From a virus (Duplodnaviria > Caudoviricetes), in the IMG/VR virus record IMGVR_UViG_3300021124_000001: 64,000 bases of DNA. One strand, given 5' to 3'. Under the pieces are notes generated by a model. The model saw nothing but the letters and a program-made list of their open reading frames with translations. It had not been told where the DNA came from and ran no database searches. A program made the position numbers and the translations under genes. This document shows, in pieces, positions 35,249 through 45,316 of this stretch. The stretch's first letter is position 1, and each line of letters opens with the position of its first letter.

Positions 35249-35671
35249 TTATTTTTCAAACTTTAAGGATCTCAAGTTGTTCAATTCACTTTCTAACTTT
35301 TGAATTTCAATTCTTCTCTTTTCCAATTCAAGTTGATATAAAATATCACAATCAACTCTTCCCTTAGGCATACCAATTGGTATAACTATTCTACCATAAA
35401 CACCAACATTTTTTGATTGTGGGTTTGTACTTGGGTCGGTTGAAATTGTTGTGGTTGATGTTGTCGTATTATTGTTACTCAGAACACCAACAACACCAAA
35501 TTCAACGTTAACACCAGAACCAATGGCCATCGTACAATCTAAATCACCAGCTCTAAATCTATCTGATTGGTAATTTCCTGGTGCACTAGGAATTGCCAAA
35601 TTAAGAGATCCGTTCTGTGCTTCACTTAAATTACAAAACATCAACAATGCAATAATGATATAATGTTTCAT
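35249..35671 (-). CDS. Secreted hypothetical protein
   Basis: Signal peptide MKHYIIIALL..SEA; two Cys; C-terminal coiled coil. Confidence 0.65.
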   Translation of the reverse strand: MKHYIIIALLMFCNLSEAQNGSLNLAIPSAPGNYQSDRFRAGDLDCTMAIGSGVNVEFGVVGVLSNNNTTTSTTTISTDPSTNPQSKNVGVYGRIVIPIGMPKGRVDCDILYQLELEKRRIEIQKLESELNNLRSLKFEK

Positions 35672-36042
35672 TTCACTTTTGAACAAATTTTTGAATATAT
35701 TACAGTGTTCTGTAGAGCATCTTTTTTAATCTTAGATTCGGTACAAATATAAGTAACTTTTTTTACATCCTCTTTCTTAACATAAACATTAATATCTTTT
35801 GTTTGTAGATATTTCACATATATGATTTTATTTTCTGATGCAAACGGAACTCCATTCCAATCAGCATCAAAAACAGACAATTCATAATACTCAACTTCTT
35901 TCCTTTTATTAAACAACTGCATTTTTGTATACATAACTCCTTCAATAAAAGAATATTGGAAGGTTGGATATGTCGGCAAAAACTGATGAGCATTTACATA
36001 CCCACTAAACATCAAAAGAAGCATAACGACATAACGAAACAT
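35668..36042 (-). CDS. Secreted beta-rich protein, possibly pilus-chaperone-like
   Basis: Signal peptide ending VNA|HQ; terminal Cys pair. Confidence 0.55.
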   Translation of the reverse strand: MFRYVVMLLLMFSGYVNAHQFLPTYPTFQYSFIEGVMYTKMQLFNKRKEVEYYELSVFDADWNGVPFASENKIIYVKYLQTKDINVYVKKEDVKKVTYICTESKIKKDALQNTVIYSKICSKVK

Positions 36043-36060
36043 AATATACCTTTTACATTT

Positions 36061-36558
36061 TTAAATTGCGATACAAGAAGCGGTTACAATTGCAGTATAT
36101 GTTCCTGCTGGATACGCTTTGTTGTATCCGTATGTTGCAGTAGAATCTGCACTAAACCAAACAGAACCTGGAAGTTTTAGGTCAACTTCGGTTGTATTGC
36201 CAAAAACTCTTTTGTTTGTTGAATATACAGACATATTTGAATCTGAAACTCTAGCAACATTAACAACCCCTGTCCAAACAACATTGTCAGTCAATTGTGG
36301 TGATGATGAAAATGATGTTGGTGTTGTGATAGATGCTTTGTAGAAACCGCCTTGTACAACATCATAACGAACAAGAGGTTCTACGCCACCATCCGTTGGA
36401 AGTGTACTCAAAAGACCTGGTGACGGGTTACCATAAACACCAGCAGTTTCGGTATAAATTACACATCTTGAAGTAACAACACCAGTGATTGGTATATCTG
36501 TTGATGATGCTAAAATTGGCATTGCCAATAGAGCAGAAAGTAATACTTTTTTAAACAT
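36061..36558 (-). CDS. Secreted fimbrial-subunit-like protein
   Basis: Signal peptide; I.ITG.V...C near N-terminus; AGTYTA.VT..C near C-terminus. Confidence 0.55.
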   Translation of the reverse strand: MFKKVLLSALLAMPILASSTDIPITGVVTSRCVIYTETAGVYGNPSPGLLSTLPTDGGVEPLVRYDVVQGGFYKASITTPTSFSSSPQLTDNVVWTGVVNVARVSDSNMSVYSTNKRVFGNTTEVDLKLPGSVWFSADSTATYGYNKAYPAGTYTAIVTASCIAI

Positions 36559-36586
36559 TTTTTATTTCCTTTTAGTTTTTATAATG

Positions 36587-37459
36587 TTACCTATTAAATT
36601 GTAAATCTACCATTTCTCCGTGCAATTTCTCTTGTGCCATTCCGAGACTTCTTGCCTTCCTAGAATCAGGCAGTTTCTTGTCAACATATTTAATTGTTTC
36701 ATTATAAGTCCCACCCGGTATATTTAGTCGATATTGATCCATTCCAGGTATGTTATTCATCTTCTCCAACTGCACGGCAACCTGAGCGGCTTCTTTACTG
36801 ACTATTGCATTTACGATTGTCTTCTTTTCGGCCGCCAATTTATCGTTCTTTTTTTCTTTATTTTCAGGTGGCGGTGGGTTCTTCTGTTGTTCATCTACAG
36901 GAGGTGGCGGAGCATTTAATGCATCTTTAACGTATTGATTGGATAATGGATCAATAGGTTGAGCCGCATCCATTGTTACCTTTTTCAACATGGCATCATC
37001 ATAACCAGGACAACTAGGAGAACTAAGTGGGTTATTCAAACAAGTGTCATATTTGTATTGATAATATACTAAAGGATTTTGGACCTGACCTTTTCCATCA
37101 ATTGAAATCTGACCATCACCCCAATATGCACTAGGAATGTTGTTTACAGGAACAACTTTAGTTATAGAATTTCCAGGTAAACCAGACCAATCATCTACAC
37201 TTCTAAAAATATATCCAGTTCCTAATGCATTTTTGTTTTGTATTGAAACCGTCATGGGATCAGCAGGTTTTTTAACTGCTGTATATTGATAGATCACATC
37301 ATTGATAGTTAAACCTGTTACAGAAGGAATAACATTCGTCATTGTCCAATTTAAGCCCTGTTGAGCCGCATTGGAAGTTGTATTGTTTATTATTTCAGTG
37401 TACGAGTAGCAAGAGTAAAGTAGCAATGCCACCAATACCAAACATCGTTTTAGCGTCAT
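36587..37459 (-). CDS. Secreted hypothetical protein
   Basis: Signal peptide from ATG 37459; C..NPLSSPSCPGY; Pro-rich linker. Confidence 0.6.
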   Translation of the reverse strand: MTLKRCLVLVALLLYSCYSYTEIINNTTSNAAQQGLNWTMTNVIPSVTGLTINDVIYQYTAVKKPADPMTVSIQNKNALGTGYIFRSVDDWSGLPGNSITKVVPVNNIPSAYWGDGQISIDGKGQVQNPLVYYQYKYDTCLNNPLSSPSCPGYDDAMLKKVTMDAAQPIDPLSNQYVKDALNAPPPPVDEQQKNPPPPENKEKKNDKLAAEKKTIVNAIVSKEAAQVAVQLEKMNNIPGMDQYRLNIPGGTYNETIKYVDKKLPDSRKARSLGMAQEKLHGEMVDLQFNR

Positions 37460-37943
37460 TACTAATTCCTTCCGGTTTTTCTTCGGTGTTTCCAGGCTGA
37501 AGTGCTTTATTTGCTTTCCACGACTCTTTAGCTTCCAAACCAATAGTTCCATCATATGGACACGGAGTTCCTGCCATCATCATCGCATCAAATACTCGTT
37601 TGTCCTGACATAGTGTGGATACGGCAGCAACTTTCATGCCCATATCATAAAGTGTTTTGGACAACTTCAATCTTTCACAGTTCATATCTTTAACTGTGGT
37701 TCCTGCTGAAATACCTAGAATTTGAGTTTGAACGGCACCTGCAACACCAACTGTACACAAATCTGAATTGGAAAAGTTCATTGTTGGTATCATTGCAGAT
37801 GGTGGTGGTGATTTTACTGTAGTGACACCATTGGAGTATGAATTAACTGTACTCGTTGAGGTTGAATCTGTCACAATTGGCTGTGAGAAGGCCAAGCTAC
37901 AATGTATAAATGCCAAAACCATTAAAATAAATTTTATATTCAT
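37395..37943 (-). CDS. Secreted, C-terminally anchored Cys-containing protein
   Basis: PPPSA..P, DLC..G..GAVQTQILGIS, NCERLKL, LCQD.RV, AGTPCP; late promoter CATAAATA minus 38002-38009. Confidence 0.7.
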   Translation of the reverse strand: MNIKFILMVLAFIHCSLAFSQPIVTDSTSTSTVNSYSNGVTTVKSPPPSAMIPTMNFSNSDLCTVGVAGAVQTQILGISAGTTVKDMNCERLKLSKTLYDMGMKVAAVSTLCQDKRVFDAMMMAGTPCPYDGTIGLEAKESWKANKALQPGNTEEKPEGISNDAKTMFGIGGIATLLLLLVH

Positions 37944-37960
37944 CCATATCTCCATGTCTA

Positions 37961-37989
37961 TTGACTTTTAATTGTCTATGCTGTACAAT
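37961..37989 (+). promoter_or_regulatory. Sigma70-type promoter for the polymerase operon
   Basis: TTGACT-17-TACAAT. Confidence 0.7.
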
Positions 37990-38032
37990 CAATCATAAGT
38001 ATATTTATGCAAACTCAACTATTGGAGAATTT

Positions 38033-38338
38033 ATGAAGATTATTGCTATGAAATTGGTCACCGGAGAAGATGTTCTTGGAGAAGTCCAAACAGAATCCGA
38101 AACAGAATTTGTTATTGAAAATGCGGTAGGAATTGCTGTTGTCCGTGGCCAGAACGGTCCAAATGTAGGTTTTGCACCTTTTCCACTTCATGCACCACAG
38201 GAAAAAGGTGCAACGGTTGTATTGGCTAAGAAACATGTTGTATACTCTTATGTTCCTGCCGAAGACTTTGTTGAAAATTACAAGCAAATCTTCGGTGTTG
38301 GCATCGTTCTTCCTAACAAACAAATTATTACAGGCTAA
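38033..38338 (+). CDS. Hypothetical protein (possible Sm-like fold) upstream of gp43
   Basis: MK....KL.TGEDV.G; GGAG RBS. Confidence 0.65.
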   Translation: MKIIAMKLVTGEDVLGEVQTESETEFVIENAVGIAVVRGQNGPNVGFAPFPLHAPQEKGATVVLAKKHVVYSYVPAEDFVENYKQIFGVGIVLPNKQIITG

Positions 38339-40881
38339 TGAATTTCTATACAAACGTACAATGCTTCGGTAATTCCATTCTTTACCGAGGCGTTATGGAT
38401 GGCAAAAGAGTCAAGCAAAGAATTGACTATCAGCCATCACTCTACATCCACAGCAAAAATGGCACCTACAAGTCATTAGATGGAACTCCACTACACCGCA
38501 AGAAGTTTGATGACATCAAAGAGGCTCGTGAGTACATCAAAGGCTTTACCGGTGTTGCTGGTGGTCCTAAAATCTATGGAAATACTCGATATGAGTATGC
38601 TTTCATCGGTGAACAACATCCAGGTATGGTCGAATGGGATCAAGAACATGTTACGATTGGTGTAATCGATATTGAGGTTGGTTCTGAGAATGGTTTCCCT
38701 GATCCATATTTGGCCAACGAACCAATCACCGCTATCTGTCTGAAATACATCAACGGCATGACCTTGGTCTTTGGTTGTGGTGATTATGAAGTGCAGGGCA
38801 ATGAACACTATATCAAATGCAAAGATGAATGGACACTTTGCAAACAATTCCTCAAACATTGGCAAAATAACACACCAGATGTACTGACTGGCTGGAACAC
38901 CAAGTTCTTCGATATTCCATATTTGATTAACCGCTTCCGTAAAATTCTCGGTGAAGATGAAGCCAAGTTGTTGTCACCGTGGAAGTTTATTGGTGAACGT
39001 AAGACTATCATTAATGGCCGTCAGATGATCGCATATGACATCATGGGTGTCGCATCACTTGATTATATTGAATTATACAGATGGTATGCTCCTGATGGTA
39101 AGTCACAAGAGTCTTATCGTTTGGATGCCATTGCTAATGCTGAGATTGGTGAAAACAAATTGTCCTATGATGAGTTCGACAACTTGCACCAACTATATCG
39201 TTTGAACTTTCAAAAGTTTATTGAGTATAACATCAAAGACGTTGAACTGATTATCAAACTGGAAGACAAACTAAAGTTATTGGAACTTGCACTGACTCTA
39301 GCATATGATACTAAGTGTAACTATGAAGATGTGTTTGCACAGACTCGTATGTGGGATGCATTGACATACAACCGGCTAATGCAAGACAACATTGTTGTTC
39401 CACCACGTGATGTACAAGACAAAGATGGTGCATTTGAAGGTGCGTATGTGAAAGAGGTTCAAGTTGGTGCTCACGATTGGGTTGCATCATTTGACTTGAA
39501 CAGTTTGTATCCTCACTTGATGATGCAATACAACATCAGTCCTGAAACATTGATTGAGCCAGAAGACTACACGGATGAAATGCGTAATGTTTTGTCACAA
39601 GGTTTAAGCGTTGATAAATTGTTGCTTAAGTCAGTTGACCTATCAAATTTGCAAGGTGTGACTTTAACACCAAACGGCCAATTCTTTCGGACAGACAAAC
39701 AAGGTTTCTTGCCAAAGATGATGGCTGAGATGTATGAAGATCGTAAGAAATTCAAAAAGATGATGTTGGCCGCAAAGCAGGATTATGAAAATGAAAAAGA
39801 TGATTCCAAGAAGTATGACATCGAAAAGCGAATCGCAAGATTTAATAACCTACAACTTGCAAAGAAAGTTTCTCTCAATTCTGCTTATGGTGCGCTTGGT
39901 AGCCAGTATTTCCGCTTTTATGATCTCCGAATGGCTCTTGGGGTCACTACTGCTGGTCAGTTGTCTATTCGATGGATTGAAAAGAAACTGAATGAGTACA
40001 TGAACAAGATATTGATGACAAGTGGTGTTGATTACGTCATTGCTTCAGATACAGATTCGATTTACTTGAAACTTGGTCCTTTGGTGAACAGTGTTTATGG
40101 TGCCGGTGGTACAGTTGCACTTCCAAAGATTAAAGTGATTGATTTCATGGATCGTGTATGTAAAAGCAAGATTGAACCATACATCGATAAATCTTATCGT
40201 GAGTTGGCTGATTACGTTCATGCGTATGCACAGAAGATGCAGATGAAACGTGAAGCACTTGCCGACAAGGGTATTTGGACTGCAAAGAAACGTTACATCA
40301 TGAACGTGTATGACAATGAAGGCGTTCGTTATAATGAACCTGACCTGAAAGTCATGGGTCTTGAAATGATTAAGTCTTCTACTCCTGCGGCTGTCCGTGA
40401 GAAGATGAAGGAATCGATTTACATTATGATTAGTGGCACCGAACAAGACATGCACAAGTTCATTGCTGACTTCCGTAAATACTTCCGTCAGTTGCCACCT
40501 GAAGACATCTCTTTCCCACGAGGTATCAACGGACTGAGTAAGTATTCGGATGCCGCTACGCTATATAAATCAGGGACACCGATTCATGTGAAAGGTGCAA
40601 TCATATACAACCACAATCTGGAAAAGTTCAATCTCACCAAGAAATATCCGAAGATTCAGGAAGGTGAGAAAATCAAATTCTCGTATCTATTGATGCCGAA
40701 TCCATTCAAAGATACCGTTATCTCCTATCCGGCAAGATTGCCAAAAGAATTTGACATTAACAGATATATCGATTATGATACACAATTCGAAAAGACTTTC
40801 CTTGAACCCATTAAGGTCATTCTTGACTGTATGAATTGGTCGACCGAACAACAAAGCACACTTGAAGATTTTTTTAGTTAA
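38338..40881 (+). CDS. gp43: Family B DNA polymerase
   Basis: DIE, GWN..FFDIPY, SFDLNSLYP, KVSLNSAYG, SDTDS, KKRY, KSSTP. Confidence 0.98.
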   Translation: MNFYTNVQCFGNSILYRGVMDGKRVKQRIDYQPSLYIHSKNGTYKSLDGTPLHRKKFDDIKEAREYIKGFTGVAGGPKIYGNTRYEYAFIGEQHPGMVEWDQEHVTIGVIDIEVGSENGFPDPYLANEPITAICLKYINGMTLVFGCGDYEVQGNEHYIKCKDEWTLCKQFLKHWQNNTPDVLTGWNTKFFDIPYLINRFRKILGEDEAKLLSPWKFIGERKTIINGRQMIAYDIMGVASLDYIELYRWYAPDGKSQESYRLDAIANAEIGENKLSYDEFDNLHQLYRLNFQKFIEYNIKDVELIIKLEDKLKLLELALTLAYDTKCNYEDVFAQTRMWDALTYNRLMQDNIVVPPRDVQDKDGAFEGAYVKEVQVGAHDWVASFDLNSLYPHLMMQYNISPETLIEPEDYTDEMRNVLSQGLSVDKLLLKSVDLSNLQGVTLTPNGQFFRTDKQGFLPKMMAEMYEDRKKFKKMMLAAKQDYENEKDDSKKYDIEKRIARFNNLQLAKKVSLNSAYGALGSQYFRFYDLRMALGVTTAGQLSIRWIEKKLNEYMNKILMTSGVDYVIASDTDSIYLKLGPLVNSVYGAGGTVALPKIKVIDFMDRVCKSKIEPYIDKSYRELADYVHAYAQKMQMKREALADKGIWTAKKRYIMNVYDNEGVRYNEPDLKVMGLEMIKSSTPAAVREKMKESIYIMISGTEQDMHKFIADFRKYFRQLPPEDISFPRGINGLSKYSDAATLYKSGTPIHVKGAIIYNHNLEKFNLTKKYPKIQEGEKIKFSYLLMPNPFKDTVISYPARLPKEFDINRYIDYDTQFEKTFLEPIKVILDCMNWSTEQQSTLEDFFS

Positions 40882-40890
40882 AGGTGACAT

Positions 40891-41925
40891 ATGAGTATTC
40901 TAGATAAAATTAAAAAGAATAGTAGCATTAAAGATTCTGCTATTCTATCCAAATCCAAATTCTTCACAGATAAGGATATGATTCCAACGGCAGTTCCTGC
41001 CATCAACATTGCTCTCTCAGGTAAACTTGATGGTGGTCTAACTCCAGGTCTTACAATGTGGGCCGGTCCATCAAAACACTTTAAGACAGCATTTTCTTTA
41101 TTGATGGCCAAATCTTACCTGGACAAATATGAAGACGCCGCATTACTTTTTTACGACAGCGAATTTGGAACGCCTCAGTCTTACTTTGATAGTTTCGGTA
41201 TCGATACTGATAGAGTTTTACATACTCCTCTCACTGATATTGAACAATTAAAGTTTGATGTGATGAAACAACTGACCGGATTGGAACGTGGTGAACACCT
41301 CATCATTGTCATTGATTCTATCGGTAACTTGGCATCTAAGAAAGAAGTTGAAGATGCTTTATCTGAGAAGTCTGTGGCCGATATGTCACGAGCAAAACAA
41401 GTCAAGAGTTTGTTCCGTATGGTAACACCACACTTGTCGTTGAAAGATATTCCAATGATTGTTGTGAATCACACATACAAAGAAATTGGCATGTTCCCTA
41501 AAGATATTGTTGGTGGCGGTACAGGTTCATATTACTCTGCTGACAACATTTTCATCTTGGGTCGCCAGCAAGAAAAAGAAGGCACCGAGATTGTCGGTTA
41601 CAATTTTATTATCAACGTAGAAAAGTCTCGTTATGTTAAAGAGAAATCTAAAATACCTGTCTCTGTATCTTTTGACGGTGGCATTAGTAAGTGGTCTGGC
41701 TTACTTGACATTGCCCTTGAATCTGGACACGTTATCAAACCATCAAATGGATGGTATTCTAAAGTGGACAAAACTACTGGTGAAGTAGATGAGAAAAAGT
41801 ATCGCATCAAAGATACTGACACCAAAGAGTTTTGGACTTCTATTGTTGAAGATGAAACGTTCCAACAATACGTATCGGACAAGTATGCCATTGCAACTGG
41901 CGCAATCATGCAGGAAGAAGAATGA
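40891..41925 (+). CDS. uvsX: RecA-like recombinase
   Basis: AGPSKHFKT, YDSEFG, DSIGNLASKKE, ADMSRAK, GGGTG.YYSAD. Confidence 0.96.
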   Translation: MSILDKIKKNSSIKDSAILSKSKFFTDKDMIPTAVPAINIALSGKLDGGLTPGLTMWAGPSKHFKTAFSLLMAKSYLDKYEDAALLFYDSEFGTPQSYFDSFGIDTDRVLHTPLTDIEQLKFDVMKQLTGLERGEHLIIVIDSIGNLASKKEVEDALSEKSVADMSRAKQVKSLFRMVTPHLSLKDIPMIVVNHTYKEIGMFPKDIVGGGTGSYYSADNIFILGRQQEKEGTEIVGYNFIINVEKSRYVKEKSKIPVSVSFDGGISKWSGLLDIALESGHVIKPSNGWYSKVDKTTGEVDEKKYRIKDTDTKEFWTSIVEDETFQQYVSDKYAIATGAIMQEEE

Positions 41926-42248
41926 TTGAGGGAATCGATTACTGCTTCATCTATCCTAAAGATGATGCAACTATAACCCACATCAAACTACTGAGTGGTA
42001 GATATAAAGATGTGGTGTTCAAATATGGCAAAGTTAAAATAACGGAAGAAGTTGATGGCCCCCATTTACATTTCGCTTATGATGTGTTAGAATCGCCAGA
42101 TATTAAGTCTAAAAAACTTATGACTGATGCCGACTTTAAACAATTTGCAGGTGATATGTTGGTAGAACTGATGACTACCAACCTTGATGAGGATATTATA
42201 GATGAAACTAGAACAGACGATACTGAAGAACCTGATTTACTCAGATGA
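41922..42248 (+). CDS. Hypothetical protein in the gp40 position
   Basis: Between uvsX and gp41. Confidence 0.5.
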   Translation: MIEGIDYCFIYPKDDATITHIKLLSGRYKDVVFKYGKVKITEEVDGPHLHFAYDVLESPDIKSKKLMTDADFKQFAGDMLVELMTTNLDEDIIDETRTDDTEEPDLLR

Positions 42249-43593
42249 ATACCTGAGAAAGGTTCTTCCTTTCCTAAAGAGTGAATATTTTACAGATAGA
42301 ACAGAACGGTTGATTTATGATGAGATTAAGTCCTTCACAGAAACTTACAATACTACACCATCAATTGAGGCGATTGAATTGGCCGTCAAAGAAAGGCGTA
42401 ATCTCACAGATGACGAAGTGGAGAAGTCGGAAACTTATCTTAAAGAAATTGAAAGTTCTAACCGAGAAACAACCCAAATTCAGTGGCTCACCGATAAGAC
42501 TGAAAAGTTTTGTCAGGAGAAGGCCATTTACAATGCCGTATTGGGTTCTATTTCAATACTCGATGGCAAAGACAAGACCCATGACAAAGGTCAGATTCCG
42601 AAAATTCTCTCGGATGCTTTAGCCGTAACTTTTGATACCTCAATTGGTCATGATTATTTGGAGAACAGTGATGAACGATATGAATTCTACCACAGAAAAG
42701 AAGAACGAATTCCATTCGATTTGGAGTTCTTCAACAAGATTACTAAAGGTGGCCTTCCAGCTAAAACTCTTAATATTGCTCTCGCTGGCACAGGTGTTGG
42801 TAAATCTCTTTTCATGTGTCATGTGGCTGCTGGTGCAATGTCTCAAGGTCGCAATGTTCTTTATATCACGATGGAGATGGCTGAAGAAAAGATTGCCGAA
42901 CGTATTGATGCAAACTTGCTTAATGTTGCATTGGATGATCTGATGGCCTTGCCAAAGGATATGTACGATAAGAAAGTTGAAAAGGTCAAATCAAAAACAA
43001 CCGGCAAACTAATCATCAAAGAATATCCAACCGCATCGGCTTCAGCTACTCACTTTAGAGCATTATTGAATGAACTCAACCTTAAGAAATCTTTTGTTCC
43101 TGATATTATTTTTATCGACTATCTTAATATCTGCTGTAGTAGTAGAATTAAAACAGGAGGTAACGTTAATTCATACACATATGTCAAATCTATTGCAGAG
43201 GAACTGCGTGGTCTTGCCGTTGAATTTGGAGTACCAATCGTATCCGCAACTCAAACAACCAGAAGCGGATATACCTCTTCTGATCCAGGACTCGAAGATA
43301 CAAGTGAATCTTTTGGTTTGCCAGCAACCGCTGACTTGATGTTTGCACTCATCACAAGTGAAGAATTGGAAGAACTTGGTCAGATTATGGTCAAGCAACT
43401 GAAGAATCGTTATAATGATCCTTCTTATTACAAACGATTCACTATTGGTGTTGACCGTGCAAAGATGAAATTGTATGATGTGGACCAATCCGGTCAAGAT
43501 GGATTATCTGATGCAGGTCAAGATAAACCCATTAACACATTTGGAAACAGAGAAGCACCTAAGAAGAAAGGTTTTGACGGCTTCAAGGTGTGA
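42202..43593 (+). CDS. gp41: Replicative DNA helicase
   Basis: LAGTGVGKSL, EMAEE.IAERIDAN, IIKEYPT, DYLNIC, ATQTTR, QLKNRY.D. Confidence 0.97.
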   Translation: MKLEQTILKNLIYSDEYLRKVLPFLKSEYFTDRTERLIYDEIKSFTETYNTTPSIEAIELAVKERRNLTDDEVEKSETYLKEIESSNRETTQIQWLTDKTEKFCQEKAIYNAVLGSISILDGKDKTHDKGQIPKILSDALAVTFDTSIGHDYLENSDERYEFYHRKEERIPFDLEFFNKITKGGLPAKTLNIALAGTGVGKSLFMCHVAAGAMSQGRNVLYITMEMAEEKIAERIDANLLNVALDDLMALPKDMYDKKVEKVKSKTTGKLIIKEYPTASASATHFRALLNELNLKKSFVPDIIFIDYLNICCSSRIKTGGNVNSYTYVKSIAEELRGLAVEFGVPIVSATQTTRSGYTSSDPGLEDTSESFGLPATADLMFALITSEELEELGQIMVKQLKNRYNDPSYYKRFTIGVDRAKMKLYDVDQSGQDGLSDAGQDKPINTFGNREAPKKKGFDGFKV

Positions 43594-43627
43594 TAAATAT
43601 CTCCATCAAAGAATGATGGAGATAATA

Positions 43628-44575
43628 ATGGCCTCAAATTTATCTTTTAGGGAATTAAAAAAACCTGGTCGTGAATGGCGTTTAGATAAATTCATAGAAA
43701 TGTATGAAAATCGTGAAGATTTTACCTTAGTCGTTGGAAATAAAAAAGTAAAATTAATTCTTGAAGAAGGTGTTTTAAAACACCTAAAAAGGAAAATTGC
43801 TTGGGACAATATAACATTCTTAACGAATACAGGGAAATATGTTTTTTTAAAAGATTTAGCAAAAACTTCTGAATTTGGCGGACTTGCTGATAAAAAACAA
43901 AGCACAACACATATCGAAGAAAAAGAAATTTTATCAATTAGAAACCAATTGAGTGAGATAAGAAAAAAAACAAAAGAAAGTACTGTTCCCATAAAAATAA
44001 AGAATAAAGTTTATAAGGTATTTGATATACAAAAAACACCAGGAACACCAAAATCAGATTTTCATTTTTTGGATGAGAACGGTGAAGAAATAGTATGGAT
44101 GTCACATAAAGACGGCAATACAGCCAAAGATTTCCAACAATGGGGTGGAATATCAAAAAATGTGCCGCAAGTCAATGCACACAAAGAAACGAAAACATTC
44201 ATTAACCAACTAGAACAGAATTTCCCAGAAGGATTGGAAAGGGGATCGAATGTTGTTAAAGACATGAAGGATCCAGTATTGAAAGGTAAATCTGTGTATG
44301 GTGACGACTTTAAACCGGGTGCACCAAAATACGGAAGAAATAATGTAACTCTATTATTGCAAGGACCTGTAAAGGTTGTAAAAAAAGGTTCTTATTACAC
44401 CTTAGAATCAAACCATACACATGAGAATGGAGATATGCTAAAAGGTGATTATGAGCCAACTTTCACTGCACAATATAGATCGGATCGTGGTGCTCCTGTT
44501 CCAAATTCAAGAGCATCCGTTTGGCCAAAATATGTAGAGAAAAGAAAAGGCACAATAAAGTTACCACCAAAATAA
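43628..44575 (+). CDS. Putative PD-(D/E)xK-type nuclease
   Basis: L.KT.EFGG, GTPKSDF...MSHK...FQQWGG; own late promoter GATAAATA 43592-43599. Confidence 0.5.
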   Translation: MASNLSFRELKKPGREWRLDKFIEMYENREDFTLVVGNKKVKLILEEGVLKHLKRKIAWDNITFLTNTGKYVFLKDLAKTSEFGGLADKKQSTTHIEEKEILSIRNQLSEIRKKTKESTVPIKIKNKVYKVFDIQKTPGTPKSDFHFLDENGEEIVWMSHKDGNTAKDFQQWGGISKNVPQVNAHKETKTFINQLEQNFPEGLERGSNVVKDMKDPVLKGKSVYGDDFKPGAPKYGRNNVTLLLQGPVKVVKKGSYYTLESNHTHENGDMLKGDYEPTFTAQYRSDRGAPVPNSRASVWPKYVEKRKGTIKLPPK

Positions 44576-44590
44576 AATTAGGAATTTATT

Positions 44591-45316
44591 ATGAACCCAT
44601 TAGTGACAGTCATTACACCGACTACCGGTGCCCATTATCTCCGTCAAGCTATTCAAAGCGTCAAAGACCAAACATACGACAATATTCAGCATTTAGTTGT
44701 CGTTGACGGAGAACATCCTAGAGCAACTCCTATACTACAGGATTATCCACATCTAGATGTCATTAAACTACCATATTCTACAGGCAAGGATCGTTTTAAC
44801 GGTCACAGAATCTATGGTGCTTCAATTTACCTTGCACGAGGTGAATATGTTTGCTTCTTAGATGAGGACAACTGGTTTGATCCTGAGCATGTAGAATCTT
44901 TGATGAAGGTTATCAACAACAAATTTGCATGGGCTTATTCCTTACGCAAAATTGTTGATTCGGATGGCAAATACGTATGTAATGATGACTGTGAAAGTCT
45001 CGGTAAATGGCCATCAGTACTAAGTGAACAAGATTATTTTGTTGATGTTGGTTGTTTCTTTTTACCAAGAGGTATTGCATTACAAACAAGTCCAATTTGG
45101 TATCGTAAAGCAAGAGAACCAGGTGTTCCTGAAGTGGATAGATACTTGACTGCGGTGTTGAGACAAAATAACTTGACACACCAGACTAATGGCCTATATA
45201 CTCTTAACTATAGAGCCGGCAACACAGGAATATCTGTACAAGCAGATTTCTTTCTTAAAGGTAATGAAGTGATGAAACAAAAATATAATGGAAGTTTGCC
45301 ATGGAAAAAGACCTAA
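44591..45316 (+). CDS. Family 2 glycosyltransferase
   Basis: VTVITPT, SV..QTY, VVVDG, FLDEDN. Confidence 0.85.
   Translation: MNPLVTVITPTTGAHYLRQAIQSVKDQTYDNIQHLVVVDGEHPRATPILQDYPHLDVIKLPYSTGKDRFNGHRIYGASIYLARGEYVCFLDEDNWFDPEHVESLMKVINNKFAWAYSLRKIVDSDGKYVCNDDCESLGKWPSVLSEQDYFVDVGCFFLPRGIALQTSPIWYRKAREPGVPEVDRYLTAVLRQNNLTHQTNGLYTLNYRAGNTGISVQADFFLKGNEVMKQKYNGSLPWKKT

Noticed and set aside
38338-43593. Introns or inteins in gp43, uvsX or gp41
   Set aside because: ORFs are uninterrupted and of normal length.
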